Virus record (IMG/VR): IMGVR_UViG_3300031454_000005
Location: 1-55,193 of that record
From: a virus
DNA length: 55,193 bases
Direction: 5' to 3' (one strand)
The translations under genes were made by a program, and so were the position numbers. Below the pieces are notes generated by a model. That model did no database searches. It was given only the letters and a program-made list of their open reading frames with translations, and was not told the origin of the DNA. Position 1 is the stretch's first letter; the number at the start of each line of letters is the position of its first letter. Below are positions 40,740-49,175 of the stretch, one piece after another.

Positions 40740-42284
40740 GTGGCCATCTTCGGGACGAGCGTCTTCGGGACCGGCAAATACGGCACCGAGGCGACGGGCA
40801 CCAACGCCTCGGCGTCCGCGCCTGCCGTGATCCTGACCGCGTCCGCCCCGATCCCGGTCTCGACCGCCATCCGGCTCGCAACGGCCACCTCGCCCGCGTC
40901 CACCCTGATCGCCTCGGCTCCTGCGCCGGTTGGCACGTCCGTCCAGCAGGCGTCCGCCGTCTCTGCGGTCTCAACCGTCACCGCATCTACACCCGCTCCC
41001 GTCAGTCTGATCGGTCAGGTTGCGTCGTCGTCGGCCAATGCGGCGACGGTCACGACCAGCGCACCCACGTCGGTTAGTTCCACCGTCCGGGTCGCATCCG
41101 CCGCCACCGGCGCAGCCACGGCGACCGCGTCGGCCCCGGCCCCCGTGAGTACGGCGGCTCAGGTCGCGTCATCCCCGGCTACTGCCTCAACCGTTACGGC
41201 ATCCGCTCCGGCCTCAACCTCCTCAACGGTTCGGGTCGCACCGTCGGCGGCGACCGCCGCAACCCTGACCGCGACCGCGCCAGCACCCGTCAGCACCGCG
41301 GTCCAGCAGGCGTCCTCCCTGTCTGCGGCTGCGACCGTGACGACCACGGCCCCGGCTCCGGCGTCAACGGCGGTCCGGATGGCGTCCGGCACAGCCCCGG
41401 CCAGTACCGTCGCCGTCACCGCGCCAACCCCGGTCTCGTCGGTCGTTCTCGTCGCCAGTTCAGCGGCTCCGGCCTCGGCTGTCACGATCACGGCCCCCGC
41501 AGCGACCAGCACGACGATCCGTTCCGCGGCGGGGAACATCGTTCCATCGAACGTCACAATCACCGCCCCGCCCCCCACGGCGAGCTCAACGGCGGGGGCG
41601 GGATCGGTCAGCTCGACAGCCCCGGCAACCGCCGTAGCGATCACCGTCCCCGCGGCGAGTGCATCCTCGGTCCGGGTGGCGACGTCGGCGGTGCCGATCT
41701 CCACGCTGACGGCGACCGCTCCGGCTCCGACCAGTTCGATCGGGACCAACGCCGGGTCTGCGTCGTCCGCTGCACCGGCCGTCACGCTGGTGGCCGTGAT
41801 CCCGGCTCCGGTGGCGACCTCCATTCGGCAGGCGACGACGACCGCTGGGGTATCGCTGGTCACGATCACGGTACCGGCACCGGAAGGCGCGGCGCTGTCC
41901 GTCTCGACCTCGGCCGCGGCGCTCGCACCGGCGGTGACGACGTGGCTGGTCATCCCGGCGCCGGTAGCGGTTTCGACATCGATCGCCAGCGCCTCGGCAG
42001 GCGTGGTGGTCCTGGTGATCGCGGCACCGCCTGCTACTTCGATCGCGACATCGCAGGCGGCCGTCGGGATCGGTGATGCCTTCCGGGCAATCGTCCCCGG
42101 CCCCGTCGCGTTCCGAACCGCCGTGCCGTCCCTCGGTGCGTTCCGGGTGCCGGTGGCCGTCCTCACGGCGACACGGGCGACCGTCGTGCCGGTGGGTGCG
42201 GTCCGTGATCCGGTCCCCGGCCCTGGCGCGACGAGACAGATCATCCCGGCCGGTGTGGCCGTGACCCGTGAGCGAAAGGACTAG
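40740..42284 (+). CDS. Ala/Ser/Thr/Pro/Val tandem-repeat protein (about 17 x 24 aa, then about 7 x 10 aa)
   Basis: GTG at 40740 lies 3 nt after the upstream stop, and the stop lies 5 nt before the next ATG. N-terminus FGTSVFGTGKYG. Repeat unit approximately ..A.TVT.TAPAPVSTAV..AS. The C-terminus has GAFR/VAFR-type decamers. Both antisense frames are also open (repeat artefact). Confidence 0.6.
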   Translation: MAIFGTSVFGTGKYGTEATGTNASASAPAVILTASAPIPVSTAIRLATATSPASTLIASAPAPVGTSVQQASAVSAVSTVTASTPAPVSLIGQVASSSANAATVTTSAPTSVSSTVRVASAATGAATATASAPAPVSTAAQVASSPATASTVTASAPASTSSTVRVAPSAATAATLTATAPAPVSTAVQQASSLSAAATVTTTAPAPASTAVRMASGTAPASTVAVTAPTPVSSVVLVASSAAPASAVTITAPAATSTTIRSAAGNIVPSNVTITAPPPTASSTAGAGSVSSTAPATAVAITVPAASASSVRVATSAVPISTLTATAPAPTSSIGTNAGSASSAAPAVTLVAVIPAPVATSIRQATTTAGVSLVTITVPAPEGAALSVSTSAAALAPAVTTWLVIPAPVAVSTSIASASAGVVVLVIAAPPATSIATSQAAVGIGDAFRAIVPGPVAFRTAVPSLGAFRVPVAVLTATRATVVPVGAVRDPVPGPGATRQIIPAGVAVTRERKD

Positions 42285-42289
42285 GCACG

Positions 42290-42727
42290 ATGGCACTCAT
42301 CAAGGACATCATCATCCGGGGTGACGACGAGGAATGGACGATCGCCCTGACCGACTCGGCCGGTGCTCCGCTCCCGTTGCGGACCCTTCAGATCCAGATC
42401 GTCGTCAAGCCGCCCGGCACCGACCTCGCCAGTGACAGCGACGCCCTCTATCGCCATACCGCGACCTTTGCGGCGGACGGCACGCTGACCGGCGCGGTCG
42501 GTATCCGGCTCGGCGGGACGGTGGACAGCGGCATCGTCACCGAGTTCCTGACGCCCACGGACATTGTGGCGTTGGCGACGGCCTATGACGCAATGGCCGG
42601 CAAGGACCCACGCATTCTGGCGCTCTGGGACGTGCAGGTACGGGACGCCTTCGGTCGGCACAAGACGGTCCTGTCGGGCCAGCTCTCGATGGTGCGCGAC
42701 ATCGGGCGCGTCCGCGACATCGCGTAA
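42290..42727 (+). CDS. Hypothetical Ig/BppU_N-like beta-sandwich protein
   Basis: IIIRGDDEEWTIALTDSAGAPLPLRTLQIQIVVKPPG recalls the N-terminal domains of baseplate upper proteins. 145 aa. Confidence 0.45.
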   Translation: MALIKDIIIRGDDEEWTIALTDSAGAPLPLRTLQIQIVVKPPGTDLASDSDALYRHTATFAADGTLTGAVGIRLGGTVDSGIVTEFLTPTDIVALATAYDAMAGKDPRILALWDVQVRDAFGRHKTVLSGQLSMVRDIGRVRDIA

Positions 42728-42746
42728 CCGGAGGAGGAGGCGAACG

Positions 42747-42953
42747 ATGATGCACGTCTTGCGCGAACCGAATTCCTATCCCATCGTGCTGATCGTGCCC
42801 CATGACGGCGCGCCGCCGACCCGCGTGGACACCGGCCTGATGGCGACCTGGTTCAAGGGCGAACTGATCGTCATGGTGTCGCCCGACGAGCTGGACGGCC
42901 TGATCGAGACACTGACGGCGGCGGTGAGCACGGCAAGAACGGAGGATGACTGA
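42747..42953 (+). CDS. Hypothetical 68-aa protein
   Basis: GGAGGAGGAGG lies 6 nt upstream of the ATG. Confidence 0.5.
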   Translation: MMHVLREPNSYPIVLIVPHDGAPPTRVDTGLMATWFKGELIVMVSPDELDGLIETLTAAVSTARTEDD

Positions 42954-43147
42954 TGAGCCTGCTGGACTGGTTGTTCCCGCCTCGGACCAGCCTCGCAGAC
43001 TTGCATCGTCACTGGGAGCGTGAAGACGAACTTGCCAATGAACGACTGCGCATCTGGTTGGAACATCAGCGGGAGACAGAGCGCCTGAATAACGAGCAAT
43101 GGCAGACGGTGACTACGCGGATGCCGAAGGACGGAGACGCAACATGA
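42953..43147 (+). CDS. Hypothetical 64-aa protein
   Basis: TGATG overlap with the upstream gene. Charged and helical. Confidence 0.45.
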   Translation: MSLLDWLFPPRTSLADLHRHWEREDELANERLRIWLEHQRETERLNNEQWQTVTTRMPKDGDAT

Positions 43148-43231
43148 GCGACTGTAGTAACCGTTACCGTGTTGGTCTGTATCACCATCGTCCTGTGCGT
43201 CGGGATGCTGGCAAGTCGGAAGGGGTAGCGA

Positions 43232-43438
43232 ATGGATACGGACCGGGTCAGGCTCGACGCCGACGAATGGAACGAGGACATCGACCGATTGGTCAGCGAC
43301 CACTATGGGGATCAAGGGCATGACCGCGACTGGCTTCGCGCGTTCGGCGAGGGTCTAATTCGGGCCGCAAACCGTCCGGACAGCACCGATGACGAGAACG
43401 ATCACGCGGAACGGGTAGGCGATGCCATCCGACCGTGA
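43232..43438 (+). CDS. Hypothetical acidic 68-aa protein
   Basis: GGAAGGGG RBS. Confidence 0.45.
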   Translation: MDTDRVRLDADEWNEDIDRLVSDHYGDQGHDRDWLRAFGEGLIRAANRPDSTDDENDHAERVGDAIRP

Positions 43439-44357
43439 CCGCAGCATCACCCCGCGTCTCGACCGGATGCTGGCCGATCTGGGCCGGGAGGTCGAACATA
43501 TCGTGCTCGACGTTGCCGGGTCACCCCTGACACCGATGACGAGCGCGCTGCGCGGCCGAGCGATGCCGAGGATCACGCGGGCGCTGTCGTCGGTCTACCC
43601 CGTCCGGCGCGGGGCGACGTCACCGCTGGAGACGCTGATCCTGGACGAGGCGACGGCGACGTGGGACCGGGTGCTCGTCGCCGAGGCGGACCGGTTGCGG
43701 GGCCAACTGTCCGATCGTCTCCTCGCGGCGATCGACGCCGGCGACGACGGCCTCGCCGAACTGCTGCGGATGAGCCGTCTGGCGCCGGACCGCCGCCTAG
43801 CGATCGCCCGGTCGCTGGACGATACGCGGACATGGGTCGATCCCAACGGCTACCGGCTCAGCGACCGGGTCTGGAACGCGCGACAGGGTGTCCGCCGGGC
43901 CATCGACCAGGAGCTGCGGCTCGGCATCGTGCGCGGCACCAGTCCGGTCGATGTCGCGGCCCGCCTGGAACGGTTCCTGACACCCGAGGGGGCGCGAGCG
44001 CGGAGCCGGGTCGTGCTGCGACCGGGCGACGAGCCGGGCACCGGCTCCTACAGCGCCCGCCGACTGGCCCGGACGGAGCTGACGGGGGCAAGAGCACAGG
44101 CGACGGTCGAGGCGGCGAGCCGGATCCCGACGACGCGGGGAATGAAATGGAACCTGTCGAATCGGCACCATCCGGGCGGGGACGAGTGCGACGAACTCGC
44201 CGGGGCAGATCGGTACGGATTGGGCTCAGGAGTCTACCCGTTGACGGCGCTTCCGAGGTTGCCACAACATCCGATGTGCCTTTGCTTCTGGACGACGAGC
44301 TTCCCAAGCCGGGAAGAGAGCGACCGGATCATTCGGGCGCGGTACGGGTTGGGTTGA
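43422..44357 (+). CDS. Head morphogenesis protein (SPP1 gp7 / Mu F-like)
   Basis: ARRLARTELTGARAQATVEAA ... WNLSNRHHPGGDECDELAG ... LPQHPMCLCF matches the Phage_Mu_F C-terminal pattern. Confidence 0.75.
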   Translation: MPSDRDRSITPRLDRMLADLGREVEHIVLDVAGSPLTPMTSALRGRAMPRITRALSSVYPVRRGATSPLETLILDEATATWDRVLVAEADRLRGQLSDRLLAAIDAGDDGLAELLRMSRLAPDRRLAIARSLDDTRTWVDPNGYRLSDRVWNARQGVRRAIDQELRLGIVRGTSPVDVAARLERFLTPEGARARSRVVLRPGDEPGTGSYSARRLARTELTGARAQATVEAASRIPTTRGMKWNLSNRHHPGGDECDELAGADRYGLGSGVYPLTALPRLPQHPMCLCFWTTSFPSREESDRIIRARYGLG

Positions 44358-44370
44358 GGAGAGCAAGCTG

Positions 44371-44514
44371 ATGGAGCCACGACCGGGACCGCAAGCCGAA
44401 ACACCGGGTGACGACGTTCGCTGGCTAGCTATGTTGATCCGGCAAGGGCTGTTGCTCATTGTCGCTGGAATTGAGCGCCGGTACGGGATTGGCCGGCAAC
44501 AGGAGGTGAAGTGA
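44371..44514 (+). CDS. 47-aa protein with one hydrophobic helix
   Basis: GAGGAG lies 9 nt upstream of the ATG. The stop overlaps the start of the next gene (GTGATG region). WLAMLIRQGLLLIVAGI. Confidence 0.4.
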   Translation: MEPRPGPQAETPGDDVRWLAMLIRQGLLLIVAGIERRYGIGRQQEVK

Positions 44515-45605
44515 TGGCTATGAGCTTGTTGGATCAGTACCTAGAGCGGCCCGAAATCAAGCGGCTACTTCTTTCGCTACGAGCCGAGGACATCGATGCC
44601 ATAAAGAATCATGGACTCCGGTCGCTAGACGGACGCATCTTAGCCGAAATGGAACGGTCTGGCGCCATCGGGTTGCCGGGCATCGTCCCGTTCCAAATCG
44701 ACAACGTCGCGGATTATGCACGCCAAATCTCGCGCGAGTCCAAAAGCGATAAGGGCCGCTACGATCGTTTCGTTTCGACGGTGCCATGTTTCACCCCGCC
44801 ATTCCCGTCGACTTGGTTTGAGTGGAATGATCCATCGGCGGGGCCCGATGAGGCGACAGTAAATGCCGTCCATGTTGTGGCGGAGGACTTATGGGAGTCC
44901 CTAGAGCCGGATGAAGCAACGGCCGTCGGGGAGCGGTATTACCTGAGCAAGCTACCGCCGGGTTGGTCCCACCTTGAAGGCATCTCGCTTGGGCCGGTGC
45001 GGTGGGTCCTGGACGTTTTCTCCCATTTCCGAGTGCGCGGTCGCGTCATTGACGCCTATGAGTGTCTGCTCGTTCTTGTAAGCCCGTCAGGTGAACTATC
45101 AACGGTCTACCAGAATGGCTCGCCTGCTGGAGCGGCGACACTGACCTATAGCAGCGACCCAGAACGTTGGAGAGTCCTCACTTTAGAGCAGCAGAATATC
45201 CGGGCCCGCACGCTCAAAGAACACTTCGCTACAGCCCTTATTGCAATCGGCTTCACTCATTGTAAAAACGTCAGCCAGGTCGAGTCGCCGCCGACCCCGC
45301 CGGACGTTGCGGCGAAGCGACGCAAAAAACTGGGACGCCCCGAGACCCGGTTTCGTCTCTTGATGATCGACCCGATGCGCGAAACCTTTGAGCGTAGCGA
45401 GGGGTCAGGCGAGCCAGGGCCGGGTCGGTCGTTCCATATCTGCCGCGGCTACTTCGCCGCCTACAGCGAGGATAAGCCGCTCTTCGGCAAACTGACAGGG
45501 AGGTTCTGGAGGCAAGCGCACACTCGCGGTCATATCGTCAACGGCGTCGTCGCCAAGCATTACCAGGTCAAGCATGGCGAACTATCGCAACTGACGGCGC
45601 CATGA
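44514..45605 (+). CDS. Hypothetical 363-aa protein, low-G+C accessory gene in the head module
   Basis: AGGAGG lies 7 nt upstream of the ATG. Visibly lower G+C than the neighbours. Followed by a canonical U-tract terminator. No motif recognised. Confidence 0.65.
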   Translation: MAMSLLDQYLERPEIKRLLLSLRAEDIDAIKNHGLRSLDGRILAEMERSGAIGLPGIVPFQIDNVADYARQISRESKSDKGRYDRFVSTVPCFTPPFPSTWFEWNDPSAGPDEATVNAVHVVAEDLWESLEPDEATAVGERYYLSKLPPGWSHLEGISLGPVRWVLDVFSHFRVRGRVIDAYECLLVLVSPSGELSTVYQNGSPAGAATLTYSSDPERWRVLTLEQQNIRARTLKEHFATALIAIGFTHCKNVSQVESPPTPPDVAAKRRKKLGRPETRFRLLMIDPMRETFERSEGSGEPGPGRSFHICRGYFAAYSEDKPLFGKLTGRFWRQAHTRGHIVNGVVAKHYQVKHGELSQLTAP

Positions 45606-45652
45606 TATAGTTCCAATCAATCGCATAAAGGTCAGTCCCCATCATGGGGCCC

Positions 45653-45720
45653 GCCCGCTCTCGCTGGAACCGTCGCGCAAATCGCGCCTGTTCCTGACCG
45701 GAGCGGGCTTTTTGTGTTTT
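45653..45720 (+). terminator. Rho-independent terminator with a long U-tract
   Basis: GCCCGCTC ... (nested GGAAC/GTTCC and GCGC/GCGC pairs) ... GAGCGGGC followed by TTTTTGTGTTTT. Confidence 0.75.
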
Positions 45721-45727
45721 CCGACAG

Positions 45728-45792
45728 GGCGTGATGCCGGACGGAACTACTGGCGAGGCGTGATGCCAGCCAAAAGGATGAGGCGTGATGCC
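45728..45792 (+). repeat. Three direct copies of GGCGTGATGCC upstream of and overlapping the scaffold gene start
   Basis: Copies at 45728-45738, 45757-45767 and 45782-45792. Spacing is 29 and 25 nt. The third copy contains the GTG/ATG start. Confidence 0.8.
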
Positions 45793-46489
45793 AGATCCCT
45801 TCTACGGACGGTTGTTCTTCAGCCCTTCTGACGGTGGCGGTGGCGCGGGCGGAGAATCCGCTGGCGGCGACGGTGCCGGGAACGAGACGAGCGGCGACGC
45901 CGACGCGTCCGCCGCAGGCGACCAGCCGGACGGCGCCACCGACCGTAAGGCAGACGAGGCCAGGGACGAGAAGCCGGGCCAGGGTGACATCGACCGGCTA
46001 ACCAAGGCCCTTGATGCCGAACGGCGACAGACCGCTGCCGTTCAGAAGTTCGCGAAGGATCGGGGCATCACGGTCGCCAAGGCGATCGAGTTGTTCCAGC
46101 AGGCCGAGGACGCCAACAAGACGGAGCTCGAACGAGCGACGACCGAACGCGATCGAGAGCGGGAACGAGCCGACACCAATGCGCAGAAGCTTCGCACCGC
46201 CAATGCCCGGTCGGCCGTGACCGACGCCGCGACCAAGGCCAACGTCGTCAGCGTCAACGCCGTCTACGCGCTGGTTCGAGACGACCTGGAGTTCGACGAC
46301 GACGGTGAGCCGACCAACGTCGACGTCGTCATCGCGGCCGCCAGGAAGGCCGAACCGGCCATGTTCCGGGCCGCGCCGGGACGGACTGACGCCAACCAGC
46401 GCGACGCGGAGGCCATCGAACTGGCCCCCGGTGTGAGCCGGATGGCCCACGCCTACGCCACCGAGAGCAAGACGGCCCGCCGGCGCTAG
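45785..46489 (+). CDS. Capsid scaffolding protein
   Basis: Gly/Asp-rich N-terminus followed by long charged helices (DRLTKALDAERRQTAAVQKF..., ELERATTERDRERERADTNAQKLRTANA). Immediately upstream of the major capsid gene. The start may be 45785 or 45788. Confidence 0.7.
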   Translation: MMPDPFYGRLFFSPSDGGGGAGGESAGGDGAGNETSGDADASAAGDQPDGATDRKADEARDEKPGQGDIDRLTKALDAERRQTAAVQKFAKDRGITVAKAIELFQQAEDANKTELERATTERDRERERADTNAQKLRTANARSAVTDAATKANVVSVNAVYALVRDDLEFDDDGEPTNVDVVIAAARKAEPAMFRAAPGRTDANQRDAEAIELAPGVSRMAHAYATESKTARRR

Positions 46490-46538
46490 CGACCTCCGCG
46501 AACGCTGACGGCCATATCCCACAGGGAGACCCTTCACC

Positions 46539-47486
46539 ATGGCCGTTACGCTTGCCCAGGCCGCGCTCCTGAGCCAGAACAACCTGCAGCGGGGCGTCAT
46601 CGAGACGTTCATCATCGAGTCGGTCGTCCTCGACCGGATTCCGCTCCTCGAGATCGAGGGCAACGCCTACGCCTACAACATGGAGGCGACGCTGCCGGGC
46701 GTGGAGTTCCGCGCCGTCAACTCGGCCTACGCCGAGAGCACCGGCACGGTCAACCAGCGCACCGAGACGCTGGTGATCCTGGGTGGCGATGCCGATGTCG
46801 ATACGTTCATCGCCCAGACGCGCGGCGACCTCAACGACCAGCGGGCCATCCATACCCGCATGAAGGTCAAGGCCGCGACCTACAAGTATCAGGACGCCTT
46901 CGTCAACGGTGACGTCGCCGTCGACGCCAACGGGTTCGACGGCCTCAAGAAGCGCCTGACGGGCAGCCAGGTCATCGCGGCCGCCGCAAACGGCCTGCCG
47001 GTGATCGGGGCAAGTGACAACGATCGCTACGCCTTCCTCGACCAGCTCGACGCCCTGATCTCGCTGGTCGGCGCGCCCGGGCCGGACGCCCTGTACATGA
47101 ACCGGTCGATCCGGCAGAAGCTCTTCAGCTCCGCCCGGCGACTGACGATCTATGACCAGACCGTCGACACCTTCGGCCGCACCATCGCGCAGTACAACGG
47201 CATCCCCATCCTCGACATCGGGACCCGACCCGACGGGACGCTCATCATCCCGCAGACCGAGACCCAGGGCACCGCGGTCAACGCCAGCTCCATCTATGCC
47301 GTCAAGTTCGGCCAGAGCGAGGCCGACGGCGGCATGACGGGACTGACCAACGGCGGTATCCAGGTCAAGGACCTCGGCGAGATCGACGCCAAGCCGGTCT
47401 ATCGGACCCGGCTGGAATTCTTCTGTGGGCTCGCTGCCTTCAGCGGCACCGCTGCGGCCCGACTCTCGGGTGTCCTGAATGCCTAG
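46539..47486 (+). CDS. Major capsid protein
   Basis: GGGAGA RBS; 315 aa. Position is after the scaffold gene. MAVTLAQAALLSQNNLQRGVIETFI... is typical of actinophage MCP N-termini. Confidence 0.75.
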   Translation: MAVTLAQAALLSQNNLQRGVIETFIIESVVLDRIPLLEIEGNAYAYNMEATLPGVEFRAVNSAYAESTGTVNQRTETLVILGGDADVDTFIAQTRGDLNDQRAIHTRMKVKAATYKYQDAFVNGDVAVDANGFDGLKKRLTGSQVIAAAANGLPVIGASDNDRYAFLDQLDALISLVGAPGPDALYMNRSIRQKLFSSARRLTIYDQTVDTFGRTIAQYNGIPILDIGTRPDGTLIIPQTETQGTAVNASSIYAVKFGQSEADGGMTGLTNGGIQVKDLGEIDAKPVYRTRLEFFCGLAAFSGTAAARLSGVLNA

Positions 47487-47495
47487 GACGGGTTC

Positions 47496-47756
47496 GTGAT
47501 GACCTGTGCGACCTGCGGGTCCGCCTGGTTCGTCGAGGAGCGGGTGATCCAGCCCACGGCCATGCCGTCCCGGGACGCCCGCTTCCCGACCCACGCCCGC
47601 GACATCCACTTTCGCCTGCGATGCGCTGACTGCGGAGACGTGGTCGGCAAGGAGACCAGCAACGATGGCCGTGAACGACAAGACCCCGGTGAAGAGCAGC
47701 GACCAGACGGACGTCTCGGTCGCCAGCGTCGCCCAGAACGACAAGCTCAGCCATAG
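47496..47756 (+). CDS. Possible small Zn-ribbon protein
   Basis: CATCG ... CADCG. The 3' 92 nt overlap the next, better-supported gene. Weak RBS. Confidence 0.3.
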   Translation: MMTCATCGSAWFVEERVIQPTAMPSRDARFPTHARDIHFRLRCADCGDVVGKETSNDGRERQDPGEEQRPDGRLGRQRRPERQAQP

Positions 47757-48051
47757 CGACGACGGCGTGACCACCCGGTCCGACCGCATGGATCTCGGCG
47801 TCCCGATGCTGCCCGGCGATCCCGCGGAGCCGGTCGGACCCGAGGACGCCCTCGGTGCCGGGCCGACGCGCGGCGACTACCGCGAGCGGCTCGGTGACAG
47901 TCACTATCACCCACACACCGTCGTGACCGTCGCGGACGCGAAGCCGGGCGAGCCGACCCAGGTCGCGGTCGCACAGCGCCCGCTTGCCGACGAGATCGGC
48001 GAGGTGCCCGGTCGTAAAGGCGGAGTCAACTCGGCTGCCTCGTTTTCCTGA
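47665..48051 (+). CDS. Hypothetical head-associated protein
   Basis: AAGGAGA RBS; 128 aa. Confidence 0.55.
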   Translation: MAVNDKTPVKSSDQTDVSVASVAQNDKLSHSDDGVTTRSDRMDLGVPMLPGDPAEPVGPEDALGAGPTRGDYRERLGDSHYHPHTVVTVADAKPGEPTQVAVAQRPLADEIGEVPGRKGGVNSAASFS

Positions 48052-48066
48052 GCGAAGGGTCAGCAC

Positions 48067-48312
48067 ATGAAGGGCCTCCGGATCGTCAATCGCGGCTCGA
48101 ACCCAGAAGACGGGTTCAACGGGAAGTACCTCGACGCATACGACCTGGAAACCGGGGACAAGATCACCAACCTGGACTCGATCGAGATGCGAATCTCGCG
48201 AACCGGTCGTGTCGGGGTATGGATCACCGCCCATGAGCCCGATCTGGAAGGCGTCGTCATGGGCTACCAGGTCGTTTACGAGGGGCCGGTGTTCGTTGGG
48301 CGGGATGCCTGA
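48067..48312 (+). CDS. Hypothetical 81-aa protein
   Basis: GAAGGG RBS. Confidence 0.5.
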   Translation: MKGLRIVNRGSNPEDGFNGKYLDAYDLETGDKITNLDSIEMRISRTGRVGVWITAHEPDLEGVVMGYQVVYEGPVFVGRDA

Positions 48313-48339
48313 TCGTCGTGACGGAAGGGAGTGCCACGG

Positions 48340-48795
48340 ATGGCAACGCGAGATGATCTGGTCGGGTACTTCGCGGTGATTCTGGACGACGTGCTGGCGA
48401 CCGCCGGCGTGCCGGCGACGGACGCGCCCGAAGGGCTGGGCCTGCCGCTCGACGCCGCCGACCGGGCCATGGCGCTGGTCACGATCCCGGAGACCGACGA
48501 GGCGGCCACGGAGGCGGCCTACACGGCGCTGGCTCGCTATCACATCCTCCTGCGGGTCCGGGACAAGGTCGCGCCACGGTTCAAGGTCGCGGTCGGCGGC
48601 GACTCCTACGCGCTACCCGACTCACTGGCCGGGATCAACCAGCTTCTTGCCGACGCCTATCACGCCGCCCTGTTCCTGGCGGGACCGGTCGCCGTGGCCG
48701 GTGGGGCCGGCGTCGTCGCACGGGGGCGGAGGATCGGGGTGATCGCCCTCGGGGGATCCGCCGCGGTCCTCGGTGGCGCGGGGAGTATTCGATGA
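48340..48795 (+). CDS. Head-tail connector/adaptor-like protein
   Basis: ATG lies 8 nt after GGAAGGGAG. Assigned by position between the capsid and neck genes. The track start 48331 (GTG) is also possible. Confidence 0.45.
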   Translation: MATRDDLVGYFAVILDDVLATAGVPATDAPEGLGLPLDAADRAMALVTIPETDEAATEAAYTALARYHILLRVRDKVAPRFKVAVGGDSYALPDSLAGINQLLADAYHAALFLAGPVAVAGGAGVVARGRRIGVIALGGSAAVLGGAGSIR

Positions 48796-49175
48796 GCGCA
48801 TCGGTGCCATTCCTTTCACCCGGCCTCGTATCCCGGATCCAGGGGCTCGCACGCCAGGGATTCGCCACCCAACTGGCACTGGCCGATCCGCCGGTCATGG
48901 TGCAGGTCTACCGGGGGACGCCGCCGGTCAAGGTCGGCCCCCCGGTCGAGGTCCAGGTCATCCCGGCCAACCGGCAGAGTCGCGATGGCGGTGGCCCGGG
49001 CGCGCTGGACGTCTCGCTGAGCGGCGGGGAGCTCCGGGCCTGGAGCCCGTGGGACGTCCAGCATGGCGATCTCGTCCGGATCGGGCGGGCGACGGCGGTG
49101 ATCCGGGACACCCCGCCGGTTCGCAACGGGATCCAGTCGGCCAGCTATGAGCTCAGCGATGGAGGAGGAAGCTAA
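48792..49175 (+). CDS. Head closure / head-tail adaptor-like protein
   Basis: ATGA overlap with the upstream gene; 127 aa. Assigned by position in the connector module. Confidence 0.45.
   Translation: MSASVPFLSPGLVSRIQGLARQGFATQLALADPPVMVQVYRGTPPVKVGPPVEVQVIPANRQSRDGGGPGALDVSLSGGELRAWSPWDVQHGDLVRIGRATAVIRDTPPVRNGIQSASYELSDGGGS

Noticed and set aside
40800-42060. Regularly spaced repeats as a CRISPR array (also 54901..610)
   Set aside because: The repeats are contiguous, diverged and in frame, with periods of 72 and 54 nt. There are no unique spacers and no cas genes, so they are coding tandem repeats.
41159-42296. 361-aa and 236-aa minus-strand ORFs in the repeat region
   Set aside because: The repetitive G+C-rich sequence keeps several frames open. 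The + frame is chosen because it abuts both neighbouring + genes within 3-5 nt.
46329-47789. 486-aa minus-strand ORF (also 47440..48543 minus, 367 aa)
   Set aside because: Both are antisense to the scaffold, major capsid and downstream head genes, which have RBSs, operon spacing and protein-like sequence.
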